Part shown: positions 38,100-51,089 of the stretch, in pieces
Layout: every line of letters starts with the position of its first letter
How positions within the stretch are numbered: position 1 is the stretch's first letter
Source: Octopus vulgaris
Taxonomy: Eukaryota
DNA length: 64,000 nucleotides
Assembly (NCBI GenBank): GCA_951406725.2
Contig: OX597820.1
Coordinates: 9,424,001 to 9,488,000 of the forward strand
Direction of reading: 5' to 3'
Program-made: the position numbers and the translations under genes
The notes under the pieces: generated by a model
Seen by the model: only the letters and a program-made list of their open reading frames with translations
What the model was told of the DNA's origin: nothing
The model's database searches: none

Positions 38100-38445
38100 T
38101 ATTTAATAGATGTTCGGCCGGGATGGCATTTGTGGAAGCGTTGGAATGGAGTGGCCCGAGAGTCAGAGAGAGCGAGAGAGTGAAGAACGGCCGCCGGTGA
38201 CGACCGAATGCCGACCTTTGCACACTGCTCTCAATTGACGAAGAAAGCACCAGGCCGAAGAAATCGTGTGCAAAAAATGTCCTACACACGGCACTTAGTT
38301 TTCAGCCGAACCCACTCTCGCTGGACGTAGTTAAGGGTTTATCTTGCTCCGCTGTTTATCTCGAGCGTTATCTCCCAACTGAATTCAAAAAAACTTCTAT
38401 AATTATCTGTGATAATCCAACGTTTTTCCTGCTCGCAACGTAAGT
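38100..38445 (+). promoter_or_regulatory. Putative promoter and non-coding first exon ending in a splice donor
   Basis: Non-repeat, CpG-retaining, GC-elevated segment with a GAGA tract; C|GTAAGT donor at 38439/38440; following ~1.7 kb is TE-free. Confidence 0.55.
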
Positions 38446-40231
38446 AAACGTTACCGCCATCCTCTCACAACCAACTATTACGCTCTCCTCTGACGGTGAT
38501 AAGTATTTTCTAGTCTCCTATTCTCTTTTCACCCTTCACTAACTACATCCACTGCTTCACTGTTCGCCTTTTAAATGTACTCCGTTAAACATATATATAT
38601 TCAATGTTGTTTTGTGTAGAAAAGAAGAAATAGGGAAGTGTCCTTTCTACATATGTTTTTCCTTTTGGTAATAACCTCATCTCTTGTGTAATTTGCGTCG
38701 TCACGTAATATCCGTTATGCTTCTCTTCAACCACCAACCGGTGCACTTTCCCTTTATAAATCATTCCTTTTACAACACTGAAATATTTTTTTATCTATGT
38801 TTATTTTACTGTTTAAATTATCATTATTATTATTAATATTATTATAGGTTGGGAACGTTAAAAAAGGGGGGAAAAATACTAATGCTGCATCGATTTAGAA
38901 GGTCTCTACTCTCTAGAGTGATAAATCGGAAATGATTAAGAGTACTTGCCAATTAACCGTCTTGGTGCGTGTTTCTATTACTGAGAAACGAATGAGTGTC
39001 ACAGCCTCCATTTTCCCCCTCCTAACAATCTTTCATCGTAATTCTCGTTTATGTAAGAGATAAACAATAAATATTTCTCCTCTCCTTCTTCATGGCTTTT
39101 CCCCGTTAGCCGTGGCTAGCAATCTTAGTTCGATAAATGTTTTAAAAAAAATCAAAACCGGACTCTATTTACAAGTAAGCCTCTCACACACTTTTCTCTC
39201 CGTAATATTTTCCAAAGCCGCAACTGACTTGAAAACCCAAGACGATGTGGCCAGAGCTAATACCAATAATAACTGAATAAACGATTTAATCATAAACCAG
39301 TTTGACTTTACATATAATAAAATATATCCTGCGCCTCTCTCTCTCTCCCCTCCTCTTTATTCTATACTTTCAAGCTCTCTTTATTCTCTCTCTCATGACC
39401 CATCACATTTATCTTTTATTTTCTCTCGCTTTTTTATTTCTCTAAAGCCGTAATGTACACGATAATACTCGTTCTCTTTACATATTTATTGGGTTGTGTG
39501 AGTAAATTGCTTGTCAAATTACTTGGCTTCTCTTTGTAAGACACGTTACAATCACCCCTTTCTCCTATATAGGTGCGTGTGTTTGTCTCTTTTAGAGATG
39601 TGTGAATGTAAGTAGTGTATAGCTTTGTAAATGTATGTGTGAAAGTTAATATATATATATGCATGTATGTGTAATGTATACGTGATCACGCTATTATGTG
39701 TGCGTTTATCTTTCAACTTATATCCTACTCCATGACATGTCTTATCACGAGGTGTTATTAAATGGTTGTGGGAGTGGAGTGGGGGGATAACGTAATTATT
39801 CTACTCTTGTCTTCGTTTATGTATCTATTATACGATAATGGGGGAAGGGGGTGTCTTTTTTCTTTTTTCGTCTATATGCACGTGCTTGCTAAAGACATTC
39901 ATAAACATATAAAACAGGCAAGAAAATGCACGTTACCCATTTATGTGTGTATATTTTTGTGTGTGTGTGTGTGGGGGGTATGTATATTCGTGAATGGTGT
40001 GTGTATATTCATAGGCATAAAGCTTTAAATGTCCTCTTTTCCGCAATATCAACTTTCCGATATTTTCTGTTTGTTTTCGATCGACAAATTTACATCTTAA
40101 TTCTTAGTTTTTGTTTTGTGTTGCTGAGAGGCTCAGGTACAAGGACCATCATCCGTGGCTATTTTAGGCTCTCAAACTAAGTTCGTAGAGTTTATGCTAA
40201 AACTTCTGTAAATCGGTATTTGGCAGTGAAG

Positions 40232-40400
40232 TTAAGGTGGTGAGTTGGAAGAAATGTTAGCACGCGAAATGCTTCGCGGTATTTCGTCTGCCGCTACGTT
40301 GCGAGTCGATTAAATAAGTACCAGTTACGTACTGAGGTCGATATAATCGACTTAATCCGTTTGTCCTCTCTGTGTTTGGCCCCTTGTGGGTAGTAAAGAA
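40232..40400 (+). mobile_element. SINE family B, internally deleted
   Basis: About 22-bp TSD aaatcggtatttggcagtgaag on both sides. Confidence 0.85.
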
Positions 40401-41165
40401 ATCGGTATTTGGCAGTGAAGAGCATGCAGAAGAGAGTGCGGTTCCGGGAAGAGGAGACGGCGGTGTTGCCAAGTCCGTAGAATTGAACTGAGATATAGTA
40501 TGAGTAATGTGGGGGTGGATGGTAATGCTTTTGCATGAGTCGATATACAGCATGTTCATAAAGACTATTTTTTAGGAAAAGGAAACAATATAGGATGATT
40601 GTGTGAACGAGTGGTGACTGTCGGAACCTCCAAAAGTGAGAGAGAGAAAGATATTAATGTTGATAGAATCAACATTAATATCTTGGACTGATTTTTAATC
40701 AATCTTCTGTCTTGGTGATTCTTCTACTAGCATAATTTCGATGATTTAATGACGTGTAGAGAAAGAAGCTAGCTATCAAGTTTTGGGAGTTATGACATTA
40801 CAGGACTTTCCCCGCAGCTTCTCCAAATTTAACTTCGACAAAACTCAATAAATCGATTACAAATAAGTACGGCTCTCTGCAACCGACTGAAATTGTACAT
40901 TTTGAATTTTGAGTTTAATTCTGAGAGTTAGTAATTATTACTTGTGGCGGCGGTGGTGGTAGTGGTGGGGTATGTTCTAAAACAATGTTTGTAGAAATAG
41001 GAACGATAGATAATAGATAGGTGTGATGGAAACAGATGGTATGTTGCTCAACCTGATAAACGTCTATTCCAGTACATGCACACCAATCGCAAAGCAACGG
41101 TATGACAGCAATTTATTTAGAATATGAAGTGGAAGTCAACAGTGTTAGTTCTGGAGATATTAAAA

Positions 41166-41520
41166 TCTATATATATATAAACGGCAAAATGTCTGTCTGT
41201 GTGTGTGTGTCCTTTATACAAATCCACAATTTTTCAGTTAGAGGGCTCACACTTTCTATGGTCATTCAAAACCGTCCAAGGGTGGTCGTGCACATCTTTA
41301 CATTTCCCTAGTCACCCCCGCAAAGCCATTAAAAAATCAATAGAAGTGACTTTTTTGTGAATTTTCTATCCAAAACCCAATCAAAATGCCCGAAACTTGA
41401 TACGCCAATTGAATGCCAGCTAGCTGTATGTGATTGGTCGGAGATTTGGACAGTACTTGCATGTATGTGCGCATGCATGCACTAGCACTATGACCCGGTG
41501 TTGCCGAGTCATAGTGCTAG
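41166..41520 (+). mobile_element. Non-autonomous Helitron
   Basis: A|TCTATATATATATAAA start, terminal hairpin and CTAG|T end, no TSD. Confidence 0.88.
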
Positions 41521-41559
41521 TCCTAAATATGACTTTAAACTGCATCCAATAATGGAGGG

Positions 41560-42200
41560 GTGTGGACCCATCTTTTAGCCAATATTGTTCCCTGGTCTAG
41601 CATCCATCAAGGTCCCAGGTATGGGTTAATTAGCAAATGAGTTGGCCGGATGGAGCTTGTTAACTTAGATTTGGGGGCAACCCATTTGTGGAGAAGGAAA
41701 GCCTTGATTCCAAACCTTTGCAGCATTGTGACCATACCTAGCCATGGAAAAGGTTTTGGGGATAAACTCTGGTGAAGAATCAAGTCAGAACCCCTGAGAC
41801 AGTTTCTGGCAACTCTTGCTACAGTACAAGTGCCAATGTTGTTTCTTTGGATCCCTCAGTGATGTGGAGATGGGAGACATGCTGCATGGGTAACAACCTG
41901 TCATCCATGTGATGTTGCCATGGTTTGGATCCTGTTGAATACCCTATCCTGGAGAGAGAGAGAAAGAAGAAGGACACTACAACTCGGACAATACTGGTAC
42001 AGCCCACAAGTGCGGATGATGTGGCAGAGGCTACCGTTCACACATTGGTCTGTTCAGCCACAGACAACACTGTTACAATAGGGTGGAGAGCTGGGACCCT
42101 CCTGTTTGGTAATTAATGATAGACAGGTCGCAAAAGAGGAAGTCTGTAATCCCAGGCCCTGACTGCGTTAATTATGGTCTCCTCTTCTGGCTCATTCAAC
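41560..42200 (+). mobile_element. Probable RTE LINE 5' UTR fragment
   Basis: ggggcaacccatttgtggagaaggaaagccttgattccaaacc resembles, from memory, the conserved RTE 5' UTR motif ggcaacc..tctaggagaaggaaaactctga.ttcaaacc. Confidence 0.55.
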
Positions 42201-43155
42201 GATGATCTCCTCTTCTGGCTCATTCAACGATGATCTCCTCTTCTGGCTCATTCAATGATGATCTCCTCTTCTGGCTCATTCAATGATGATCTCCTCTTCT
42301 GGCTCATTCAATGATGATCTCCTCTTCTGGCTCATTCAATGATGATCTCCTCTTCTGGCTCATTCAATGATGATCTCCTCTTCTGGCTCATTCAATGATG
42401 ATCTCCTCTTCTGGCTCATTCAATGATGATCTCCTCTTCTGGCTCATTCAAGGATCTCCTCTTCTGGCCCATTCAATGATGATCTCCTCTTCTGGCTCAT
42501 TCAATGATGATCTCCTCTTCTGGCTCATTCAATGATGATCTCCTCTTCTGGCTCATTCAATAATGATCTCCTCTTCTGGCTCATTCAATGATGATCTCCT
42601 CTTCTGGCTCATTCAATGATGATCTCCTCTTCTGGCTCATTCAACGATGATCTCCTCTTCTGGCTCATTCAATGATGATCTCCTCTTCTGGCTCATTCAA
42701 CGATGATCTCCTCTTCTGGCTCATTCAATGATGATCTCCTCTTCTGGCTCATTCAAGGATGATCTCTTCTTCTGGCTCATTCAAGGATGATCTCCTCTTC
42801 TGGCTCATTCAAGGATGATCTCCTCTTCTGGCCCATTCAATGATGATCTCCTCTTCTGGCTCATTCAATGATGATCTCCTCTTCTGGCTCATTCAACGAT
42901 GATCTCCTCTTCTGGCTCATTCAACGATGATCTCCTCTTCTGGCTCATTCAAGGATGATCTCCTCTTCTGGCTCATTCAAGGATGATCTCCTCTTCTGGC
43001 CCATTCAATGATGATCTCCCCTTCTGGCTCATTCAAGGATGATCTCCTCTTCTGGCTCATTCAATGATGATCTCCTCTTCTGGCTCATTCAATGATGATC
43101 TCCTCTTCTGGCTCATTCAATGGTGATCTCCTCTTCTGGCTCATTCAACGATGAT
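42177..43155. repeat. 28-bp minisatellite, about 35 copies
   Basis: Unit atgatctcctcttctggctcattca(at/ac/ag)g, highly homogeneous, no spacers. Confidence 0.97.
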
Positions 43156-43534
43156 TTTTGACTTGGTTCTCTTGAAATTTAATGCAACCAGTAACAGACT
43201 TTTGAATTTTGTTTTTGAAGCTGATCGAAAAGAAAGAAGAAATATGATCTCACAGTTAACAGTGTTAAATTGTCTGCAATGAATAAATAAGCTGTCTTTA
43301 GTTCCAGGTCAGTCCTGATTGTGTAGATACTCTCTTTTACTCTTTTACTTGTTTCAGTCATTTGACTGCGGCCATGCTGGAGCACCGCCTTTAGTCGAGC
43401 AAATCAACCCCGGAACTTATTCTTTGTAAGCCCAGTACTTATTCTATCGGTCTCTTTTTTGCTGAACCGCTAAGTGACAGGGACGTAAACACACCAGCAT
43501 CGGTTGTCAAGCAATGCTAGGGGGACAAACACAG

Positions 43535-43565
<31 letters not shown>

Positions 43566-43824
43566 CATATATACGACAGGCTTCTTTCAGTTTCCGTCTA
43601 CCAAATCCACTCACATGGCATTGGTCGGCCCGGGGCTATAGCAGAAGACACTTGCCCAAGATGCCATGCAGTGGGACATGATCATTTCATGCATTTTAGA
43701 AGTATTGCTAGGACATATAGTTTTTTGTCCATTATGTGCTGGTGCCATGTAAAAAGCATCCAATGTGCTCTGTTGGGGTTGATGTTAGGAGGGGCATCCA
43801 GCTGTAGAAACCATAGCAAAACAG

Positions 43825-44058
43825 GGTGGCGAGCTGGCAGAAACATTAGCATGCTAGGCGAAATGCTTAGTGGTATTTCGTCTGCCGTTATTACGTTCTG
43901 AGTTCAAATTCCGCCGAGGTTGACTTTGCCTTTCATCCTTTTGGGATTGATAAATTAAGTATCAGTTACGCACTGGGGTCGATCTAATCGATTAATCCCT
44001 TTGTCTGTCCTTGTTTGTCCCCTCTGTGTGTAGCCCCTTGTGGGCAATAAAGAAATAA
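43825..44058 (+). mobile_element. SINE family B nested in an RTE 3' end
   Basis: TSD agaaaccatagc(a/g)aaacag. Confidence 0.88.
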
Positions 44059-44699
44059 GAAACCATAGCGAAACAGACAATTAGAGCCTGGTGCAGCTCT
44101 CCGGCTTACCAGATCCTGTCAAACCATCCAACCCATTCCAGCATGGAAAACAGATGTCCTTTTCTTTCCCAAGAGTGTAAAGTTTGATTTGTGTTGCCGT
44201 CTCTAGCAGTTTGAGCAACCACATTGAAGGCTCTTCATTGTATATGCATTTACCATACAAAAACAGCCAGGAAGCGTCTACAAACAATGAGCTGACCGAC
44301 TCAGTATATAAAGTGACCACAGGCAATCTCCATATCCCACTCTTTGCTGGAAAGTTCTTGTCCACTCTCCAAATCAGCTCTGATTGAGAAGACAAACAGT
44401 CAAAAACAACCTAGTTGCAACCACCTCTTCCTCTTTTTTTCTTTCATCAGGCATTATGCATCCAAGATCACATTATTCACTGCTAAAGATTGACAGGGGT
44501 CTCTCTGGAGGAAGATTTGGTTGCTGTTTCTAACAGTTTGAACAACCACATAGAGGCTCCTGCATTGACCAGTCAATGATGTGTTTACTTCTTTATGGCT
44601 GTGAATATTGATCTCAATGAGCTGCAGATACTCTACATCATTCGAGGGGAGGGGCTGTGAACTTATTGCACAAGAACATCGATACAGTTTCCAGGCATA

Positions 44700-44923
44700 C
44701 TCTTTTACTCTTTTACTTGTTTCAGTCATTTGACTGTGGCCATGCTGGAGCACCGCCTTCAGTCGAGCAACTCAATCCCGGGACTTATTCTTTTGTAAGC
44801 CCAGTACTTATTCTATCGGTCTCTTTTGCAAAACCGCTAAGTAACGGGGACATAAACACACCAGCATCGGTTGTCAAGCAATGCTAGGGGGACAAACACA
44901 GACACACAAACACACATACACAC

Positions 44924-44954
<31 letters not shown>

Positions 44955-45130
44955 TATACATATATACGATGGGCTTCTTTCAGTTTCCGTCTACCAAATC
45001 CACTCACAAGGCTTTGGTCGGCCCGAGGCTATAGTAGAAGGTACTTGCCCAAAGTGCCGCGCAGTGGGACTGAACCCGGAACCATGTGGTTGGTAAACAA
45101 GCTACTTACCACACAGCCACTCCTGCGCCT
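44700..45130 (-). mobile_element. SINE family A, full length
   Basis: Reverse complement of the consensus. Confidence 0.92.
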
Positions 45131-45374
45131 ATTATATAAAAAAACTATTGTCGTTAGACTGTGTAAAACATAGGCATGGGTATGGCGATAGGTGTGGGTA
45201 GGGTTGTGTGGTAAAGAAGCTTGTTTCTCAACCAAGTGGTCCTGAGTTCAATATTATTACGTGACACATTGGGCAAATATCTCCTACTATATCTCTGAGC
45301 CAGGCAAAGCCTTGTGAGTGGATTTTGTTGATGGAAACTGAAAGAAACCAGTCATAAATGTTACTTAGTGACCC

Positions 45375-45790
45375 TGCCTGTGCTGGTGCCATGTAAAATG
45401 CATTCAGTCCATACTGTGTGAAGTGGTTGGCGTTTGGAAGGGCATCCAGCTGTAAAAACCTTGCCTGTGCTTGTGCCACATGAAAAGCACTCAGTCCACT
45501 CTGTGGCGTGGGTGGTGTTAGGAAGGGCATCCAGCTGTAAAAACCTTGCCTGTGCTTGTGCCACATGAAAAGCACTCAGTCCACTCTGTGGCGTGGGTGG
45601 TGTTAGGAAGGGCATCCAGCTGTAAAAACCTTGCCTGTGCTTGTGCCACATGAAAAGCACTCAGTCCACTCTGTGGCGTGGGTGGTGTTAGGAAGGGCAT
45701 CCAGCTGTAAAAACCTTGCCTGTGCTTGTGCCACATGAAAAGCACTCAGTCCACTCTGTGGCGTGGGTGGTGTTAGGAAGGGCATCTAGC
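45375..45790 (+). repeat. 85-bp tandem repeat (about 5 copies) within an RTE 3' UTR
   Basis: ggcatc(c)agc recurs at 45441, 45526, 45611, 45696 and 45781; inner units identical. Confidence 0.93.
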
Positions 45791-47625
45791 CATAAAATCC
45801 ATGCCAAAACTGACACAGAAGTCTGGTGCAGCCTTCTGCCTGGCCGGGGCCTGTCAAACCATCCAACCCATACCAGCATGGAAGGTGGATGTTAAACAAT
45901 GATTATGTTGATGGTGATGGCATGTTTGTGTATATTCTTGTCTTCGCATCACTTTATGATTGTAAATGTACATCATTGGTCGTATATGAGCAAAATTCTT
46001 TGTTGTTCAGTCTTTTGTAAGAAACGTGTCTGACCATTGGGAAATGTGACAGATGAAGGTTTCCAACAGGAATGGCAACAAGCTGTAGAAAATCTGCCTC
46101 GACAGATTCTGTCTGACCCAAAGGCACAGGAGTGGTTATGTGGTAATGAGTTTGTTTCCCAACCACATGGTTCCGAGTTCAGTCCTACTGCATGGCACCT
46201 GGGGTGAGCACCTTTTACTATAGCTCAAGCCGACCAATATATATGTATGTGTGTGTCTTTATGTCTGTGTTTACATCCCCATAACTTAGTGTTTTAGCAA
46301 AAGAGACTGATAGAATAAGTACCAGGCTTTCAAAATAATAAAATACTGCAGTCGATTTATTTGGTTAAAATTCCTCAGGGCATCGCCACAGTATAATGAC
46401 CGATGCAAGTAAAAGACAAAAAATGCGAGCACGAAAACGTGGATGTTATATATTTCTTTACTGCCCACAAGGGGCTAAACATAGAGGGGACAAACAGGGA
46501 CAGACAAAGGGATTAAGTCGATTACATCGACCCCCCAGTGCGCAACTGGTACTTAATTTATCGACCCCGAAAGGATGAAAGGCAAAGTCAACCTCGGCAG
46601 AATTTGAACTCAGAACGTAACAGCAGACGAAATACTGATAAGGATTTCACCCAGCGCGCTAACGTTTCTGCCAGCTCGCCGCCTTTATTTGAGTTCACCG
46701 CTCAAAAAAGTGGATGTTATATGATGATGACTGTTTTGCTGGGTTTCTGGTGCAGGTTAATATCCTTTAGAAGCTCTGTATGTAATCCTCATTCTGAGCC
46801 CTGTATCTGGGCTTATATCATCTCTATAACAATTGACCTATAAAGGCATGACTGCAGATCATCTGTGTAGATTACTCTTTTGTTGTCAAGTCCAGATATT
46901 TAATCCTCACTAATGAAATGTGAACGTCTGCTGAGCTGGCAGAATCCTTAGTGCATCTGAGAAATTGCTAAGCAGTGTTTCTTCCTGTTCTTTGCCTTCT
47001 GAGTTCAAATCTCACCGAGGTCAGCTTTGCCTTCCATCCCTTCAGAGTCAATAGAGTACTTGTTGAGTACTAGAGTTGGCCTTGAACCCTGCAGTGGACT
47101 AATGTCTTCTTCAGAGGAACATTGTGGTCTTATCACCGTATCAACTAGGCCATCAGATGCTGTTTTACATGACAGCATCTGATGAGAATATATTTCACTT
47201 TGATTTTAGTGTATGCCTTACAGCTGTTTAGTGTACTAATATTACCGTATTTAAGTTTTGAATGGCTCCTTTCTTTCTGGCTGGTATTGCATATGAAATA
47301 TTGTAGTCACAAGTTTGGCTGTATGGTTAAGCAGCTTACTTCCCCACCAGTTAGTTCCTAGTTCAGTCCCATAGTGTAGCATCTCGGGCAAGTGTCTTCT
47401 ATAGCCCTAGGTCAACCAAAGCCTTGTTTGTGGATTTCATAGACAGAAACATTTTCTATACTAACACTATCATGACATGTCTAACTAATTACCTCCACCT
47501 TCCAAATAAAAACAGGAAATAACCAAAACAACAACAACAAGTAAATAAACTGACCGGCCAACACACACCACATACACTTTTTAATCAACCCCTAAAAAAT
47601 TCCATTACAAAAGTGTTGTCATATA

Positions 47626-48010
47626 GGCGCAGGAGTGGTTGTGTGGTAAGTAGCTTGCTAATCAACCACATGGTTCCGGGTTCAGTCCCACTGCGTGGCA
47701 TCTTGGGCAAGTGTCTTCTGTTATAGCCCCAGGCCCACCAATGCCTTGTGAGTGGATTTGGTAGACGGAAACTGAAAGAAGCCTGTCATATATATATATG
47801 TGTGTGTGTGTGTGTATGTGTTTGTACCCCTAGCATTGCTTGACAACCAATGCTGGTGTGTTCACGTCCCCCGTCACTTAGCGGTTCGGCAAAAGAGACC
47901 GATAGAATAAGTACTGGGCTTACAAAGAATAAGTCCCGGGGTCGATTTGCTCGACTAAAGGCGGTGCTCCAGCATGGCCGCAGTCAAATGACTGAAACAA
48001 GCAAAAGAGT
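47626..48010 (+). mobile_element. SINE family A, full length
   Basis: Matches the consensus. Confidence 0.92.
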
Positions 48011-48192
48011 ATACTCAATTTTTCTCTTAGCTTGGCTTCGCTTATGAAAATTAGGAAAGCTGTTGTCCACATCATCTCCTTGCTCATTCATGACTGATAA
48101 GTCCAATGTGGGATCGACATATCTGGCTGCAGTGATGACAGACATATGATTGTCCAGCTGCATCATCAACAATGATGCAGCTGTATTATTTT

Positions 48193-48570
48193 TCACCTCT
48201 GACGTTTGTCTTCAAGAGAGGCACTGCAATAGACCTCAGAGGAGGAAACAGCATCAATGATGGTAAGGTGCCAAGCAGCATGGTCAGCTGTTGGAGTGGG
48301 CCACTCACGATAATCAATGTCACAAGTGCTAAGGGACTGCTTCAGGCTGTCCTTATAATGTTTCTTTGGTCCTCCCCAGTGGTCTTTCATCTTGTCAATG
48401 TGTCCTGCTCAGTGTAGTTATGTTTCAAGTAAGATGGCTTCCAGGCCGGTGACCTTTGCTCGCTTGAGGACCTCATTGTTAGTGGATATAGTCACTCCAG
48501 TAGGTGTTGAGGATGGTATGAAGGCAGTGGTAGTGTAAACATTCAGGGAGCCTGAGAAGTCACACCCACT
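48193..48570 (-). pseudogene. RTE/BovB-like LINE ORF fragment
   Basis: HCLHTILNTYWSDYITNNEVLKRA...GGPKKHYKDSLKQSLSTCDIDYREWPTPTADHAAWH. Confidence 0.85.
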
Positions 48571-48919
48571 TACTAAGGTTTTAAATACTGGACTTTTGTA
48601 CTTTTAACCCTTACCTTATCAAACAAAGGGTTGAATTCAATAAGCAAAAAATATTTAAAACTACTGACATGTCCTGTGCCTACCTAACAAGGGACACCCA
48701 TAAATGCACATACTTGCTTACAAATTTCTACACACTTGTATTAATTCTAAACAATAATATAATCCAAATTGAATCACTAAAAATTTCTCCAAAACACCTC
48801 TCCAAAACAACACACCCTAAAACCTAATTATCTTTGCACTTACAACTAAATACCCAAGGGAGATATTTTAACTCAACAGACTTTATAAAGCTAAGATTAA
48901 CTTCAATGCATTGCACACA

Positions 48920-49307
48920 GGCGCAGGAGTGGCTGTGTGGTAAGTAGTTTGTTTACCAACCACATGGTTCGGGTTCAGTCCCACTGCATGGCACCTTGGG
49001 CAAGTGTTTTCTACTATAGCCTCGGGCCGACCAAAGCCTTGTGAGTGGATTTGGTTGACGGAAACTGAAAGAAGCCTGTCGTATATATGTATGTTTGTGT
49101 GTCTGTGTTTGTCCCCCTAGCATTGCTTGACAACCGATGCTGGTGTGTTTATGTCCCCGTCACTTAGCAGTTCGGCAAAAAGAGACCGATAGAATAAGTA
49201 CTGGGCTTACAAAGAATAAGTCCCGGGGTTGAGTTGCTCGATTAAAGGCGGTGCTCCAGCATGGCCGCAGTCAAATGACTGAAACAAGTAAGAAAGAGAA
49301 AAGAGAG
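48920..49307 (+). mobile_element. SINE family A, full length
   Basis: Matches the consensus. Confidence 0.92.
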
Positions 49308-49819
49308 TTCAATGATGGCCCAACTGGCCAAAACTTTGAAGTCACTATCAATAATATTTTTGTTTAAGATGGCGGCGAGCTGGCAGAAAAGTTAGCATGC
49401 CGGGCGAAATGCTTAGTGTTCAAAATCCACTGAGATTGACTTTACCTTTCATCCTTTCAGGGTTGATAAATTAAATACTAGTTGTGTACTAGGGTCAATC
49501 TAATCAACTATGCCCCTCCCCCAAAATTTTGGACCTTGTGTCTAGAGTAGAAAAGAATATTTAAAGGCAGCAAGCTGGTAGAATTGTTAGCACACCGGGC
49601 AAAATGCTTAGCAGGATTTCATCTGTCTTTGCGTTCTGAGTTCAAATTCCACCTCTGTCGACTTTGCTTTTCATTCTTTCAGGGTTTATAAGTTAAGTAC
49701 CAGTTGCATGCTGGGGTCGATCTAATCGACTATGCCCCTCTCCAGAAATTTCAGGCCTTGTGCCTAGAGTAGAAAAGAATATTTTTGTTTAAGAATAATG
49801 TATGCATGTATGTGTGTGC

Positions 49820-50115
49820 GAGACAGATGAGTGACAAACCTGGCCACTGGTGGTGGTGTTACACACCATACTAATCATGTCTGTCAGGCATGTGGAAGAG
49901 AGTGTAATTCGGCAGGAGGACTTAAACGACATGCAACGGTACATGAAGCCCAGTTACAACTACAGCCGGCTATTACCGGTAAAGGTTTTAGTTGCCAATT
50001 CTGTACAAGACATTGTAGATCTTTAGCTGGGCTAAAAAGTCACATTCGATCACAGCACCAGTAACAGTTAAGCTTCGTGCAGTGGCCATACTCGATAATG
50101 AGGGGGCAGCCATAA
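49820..50115 (+). mobile_element. RTE/BovB-like LINE 3' end encoding two C2H2 fingers
   Basis: CQACGRECNSAGGLKRHATVH...CQFCTRHCRSLAGLKSHIRSQH* then a short UTR gccatactcgataatgagggggcagcc; atgtgtgtg on both flanks. Confidence 0.72.
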
Positions 50116-51089
50116 TGTGTGTGGGGGTACCTTTGTGTAGACAAGGGTACACAGAAATGAAGGTCCTTGTGAGCTTTTCGTCTCCATTGAAGTCAGAACT
50201 CATTTATAAGACCAATCTTCTGTTGTCACATCCTCTTCATATCTTGGACTTGTTTCAGCCATTGGACTCTGGTCATGCTGGATCACTGCCTCGAAGGGCT
50301 TAGTTGCACAAATCAACCCTAGTATTTGTTTTTTTTAAGACTGTTACTAACTCTATTAGTCTCTTTAGTTATGGGGATGTAAATAAACCAACCCTGGTTG
50401 TCAAGTAGTGGTGGGAGGCAAACACAACACAAGGACACACACATATGTACATGATGGGCTTCCACATAGTGTCTGCCTATCATTTTCACTCGCATGGCAC
50501 TGGTCAGCTTCTAAACCACTCTGCCAGTTATGCGGAAGAAATTAATAAGATCAGGCATAGCTGCAGGGTAAGAAGTTTTTTTCCCAACCCCATGGTTCTG
50601 GGTTCAGTCCCGCTGTGTGACACCTTGGAAAAGTGTCGTCTACTGCAGTTTTAAGTTAACCAAAGACTTGTGAGTGTGTTTGGTGGATGGAAACTAAATG
50701 AAGCCTTCACCACCACTTGACAACTAGTGTTGCTAACTTAGTGATTTGGCCATAGAAGTGGTCAGTAGAATAAGTACTGGGTTTGATTTAAAGTGATGCC
50801 CCAGCATGGCTGCAGTCCAATGACTGAAACCAGTAAAAGATAAAAATCTCTCTCTTGTGTTTTATTATTAGTATTATTTAGGTGACAAGCTGATAGACTT
50901 GTTGGTGCATTGGACAAACAGTTTAGTAGCGATTTTTCTGGTGCTTGATGTTCTGAGTTCTGCCGTGGTCGTCTTTACTTTTCCTCCTTCTAGGGTCAGT
51001 AAATTAAGCACTGGGGTCAATGTAATTGACTTACACCTCCCCAAATATTGCTGGCCTTGTGCTGTAATTTGAAACCAATATGTTTCTTA

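Noticed and set aside
38110-38238. Short ATG-initiated ORF in the putative promoter region
   Set aside because: About 42 codons, includes the GAGA tract, no similarity recognised, and ends before the donor site.
41560-41650. HDV-like ribozyme at the RTE 5' end
   Set aside because: Some pairing (acccat/atgggt, cctgg/ccagg) but the nested double-pseudoknot order and catalytic C could not be assigned by eye.
42177-43155. CRISPR array
   Set aside because: The 28-bp units are contiguous with no unique spacers, there are no cas genes, and the context is eukaryotic.
49831-50064. Host C2H2 zinc-finger gene exon
   Set aside because: No TGEKP linkers; the finger pattern, immediate stop and short UTR fit an RTE LINE C-terminus.
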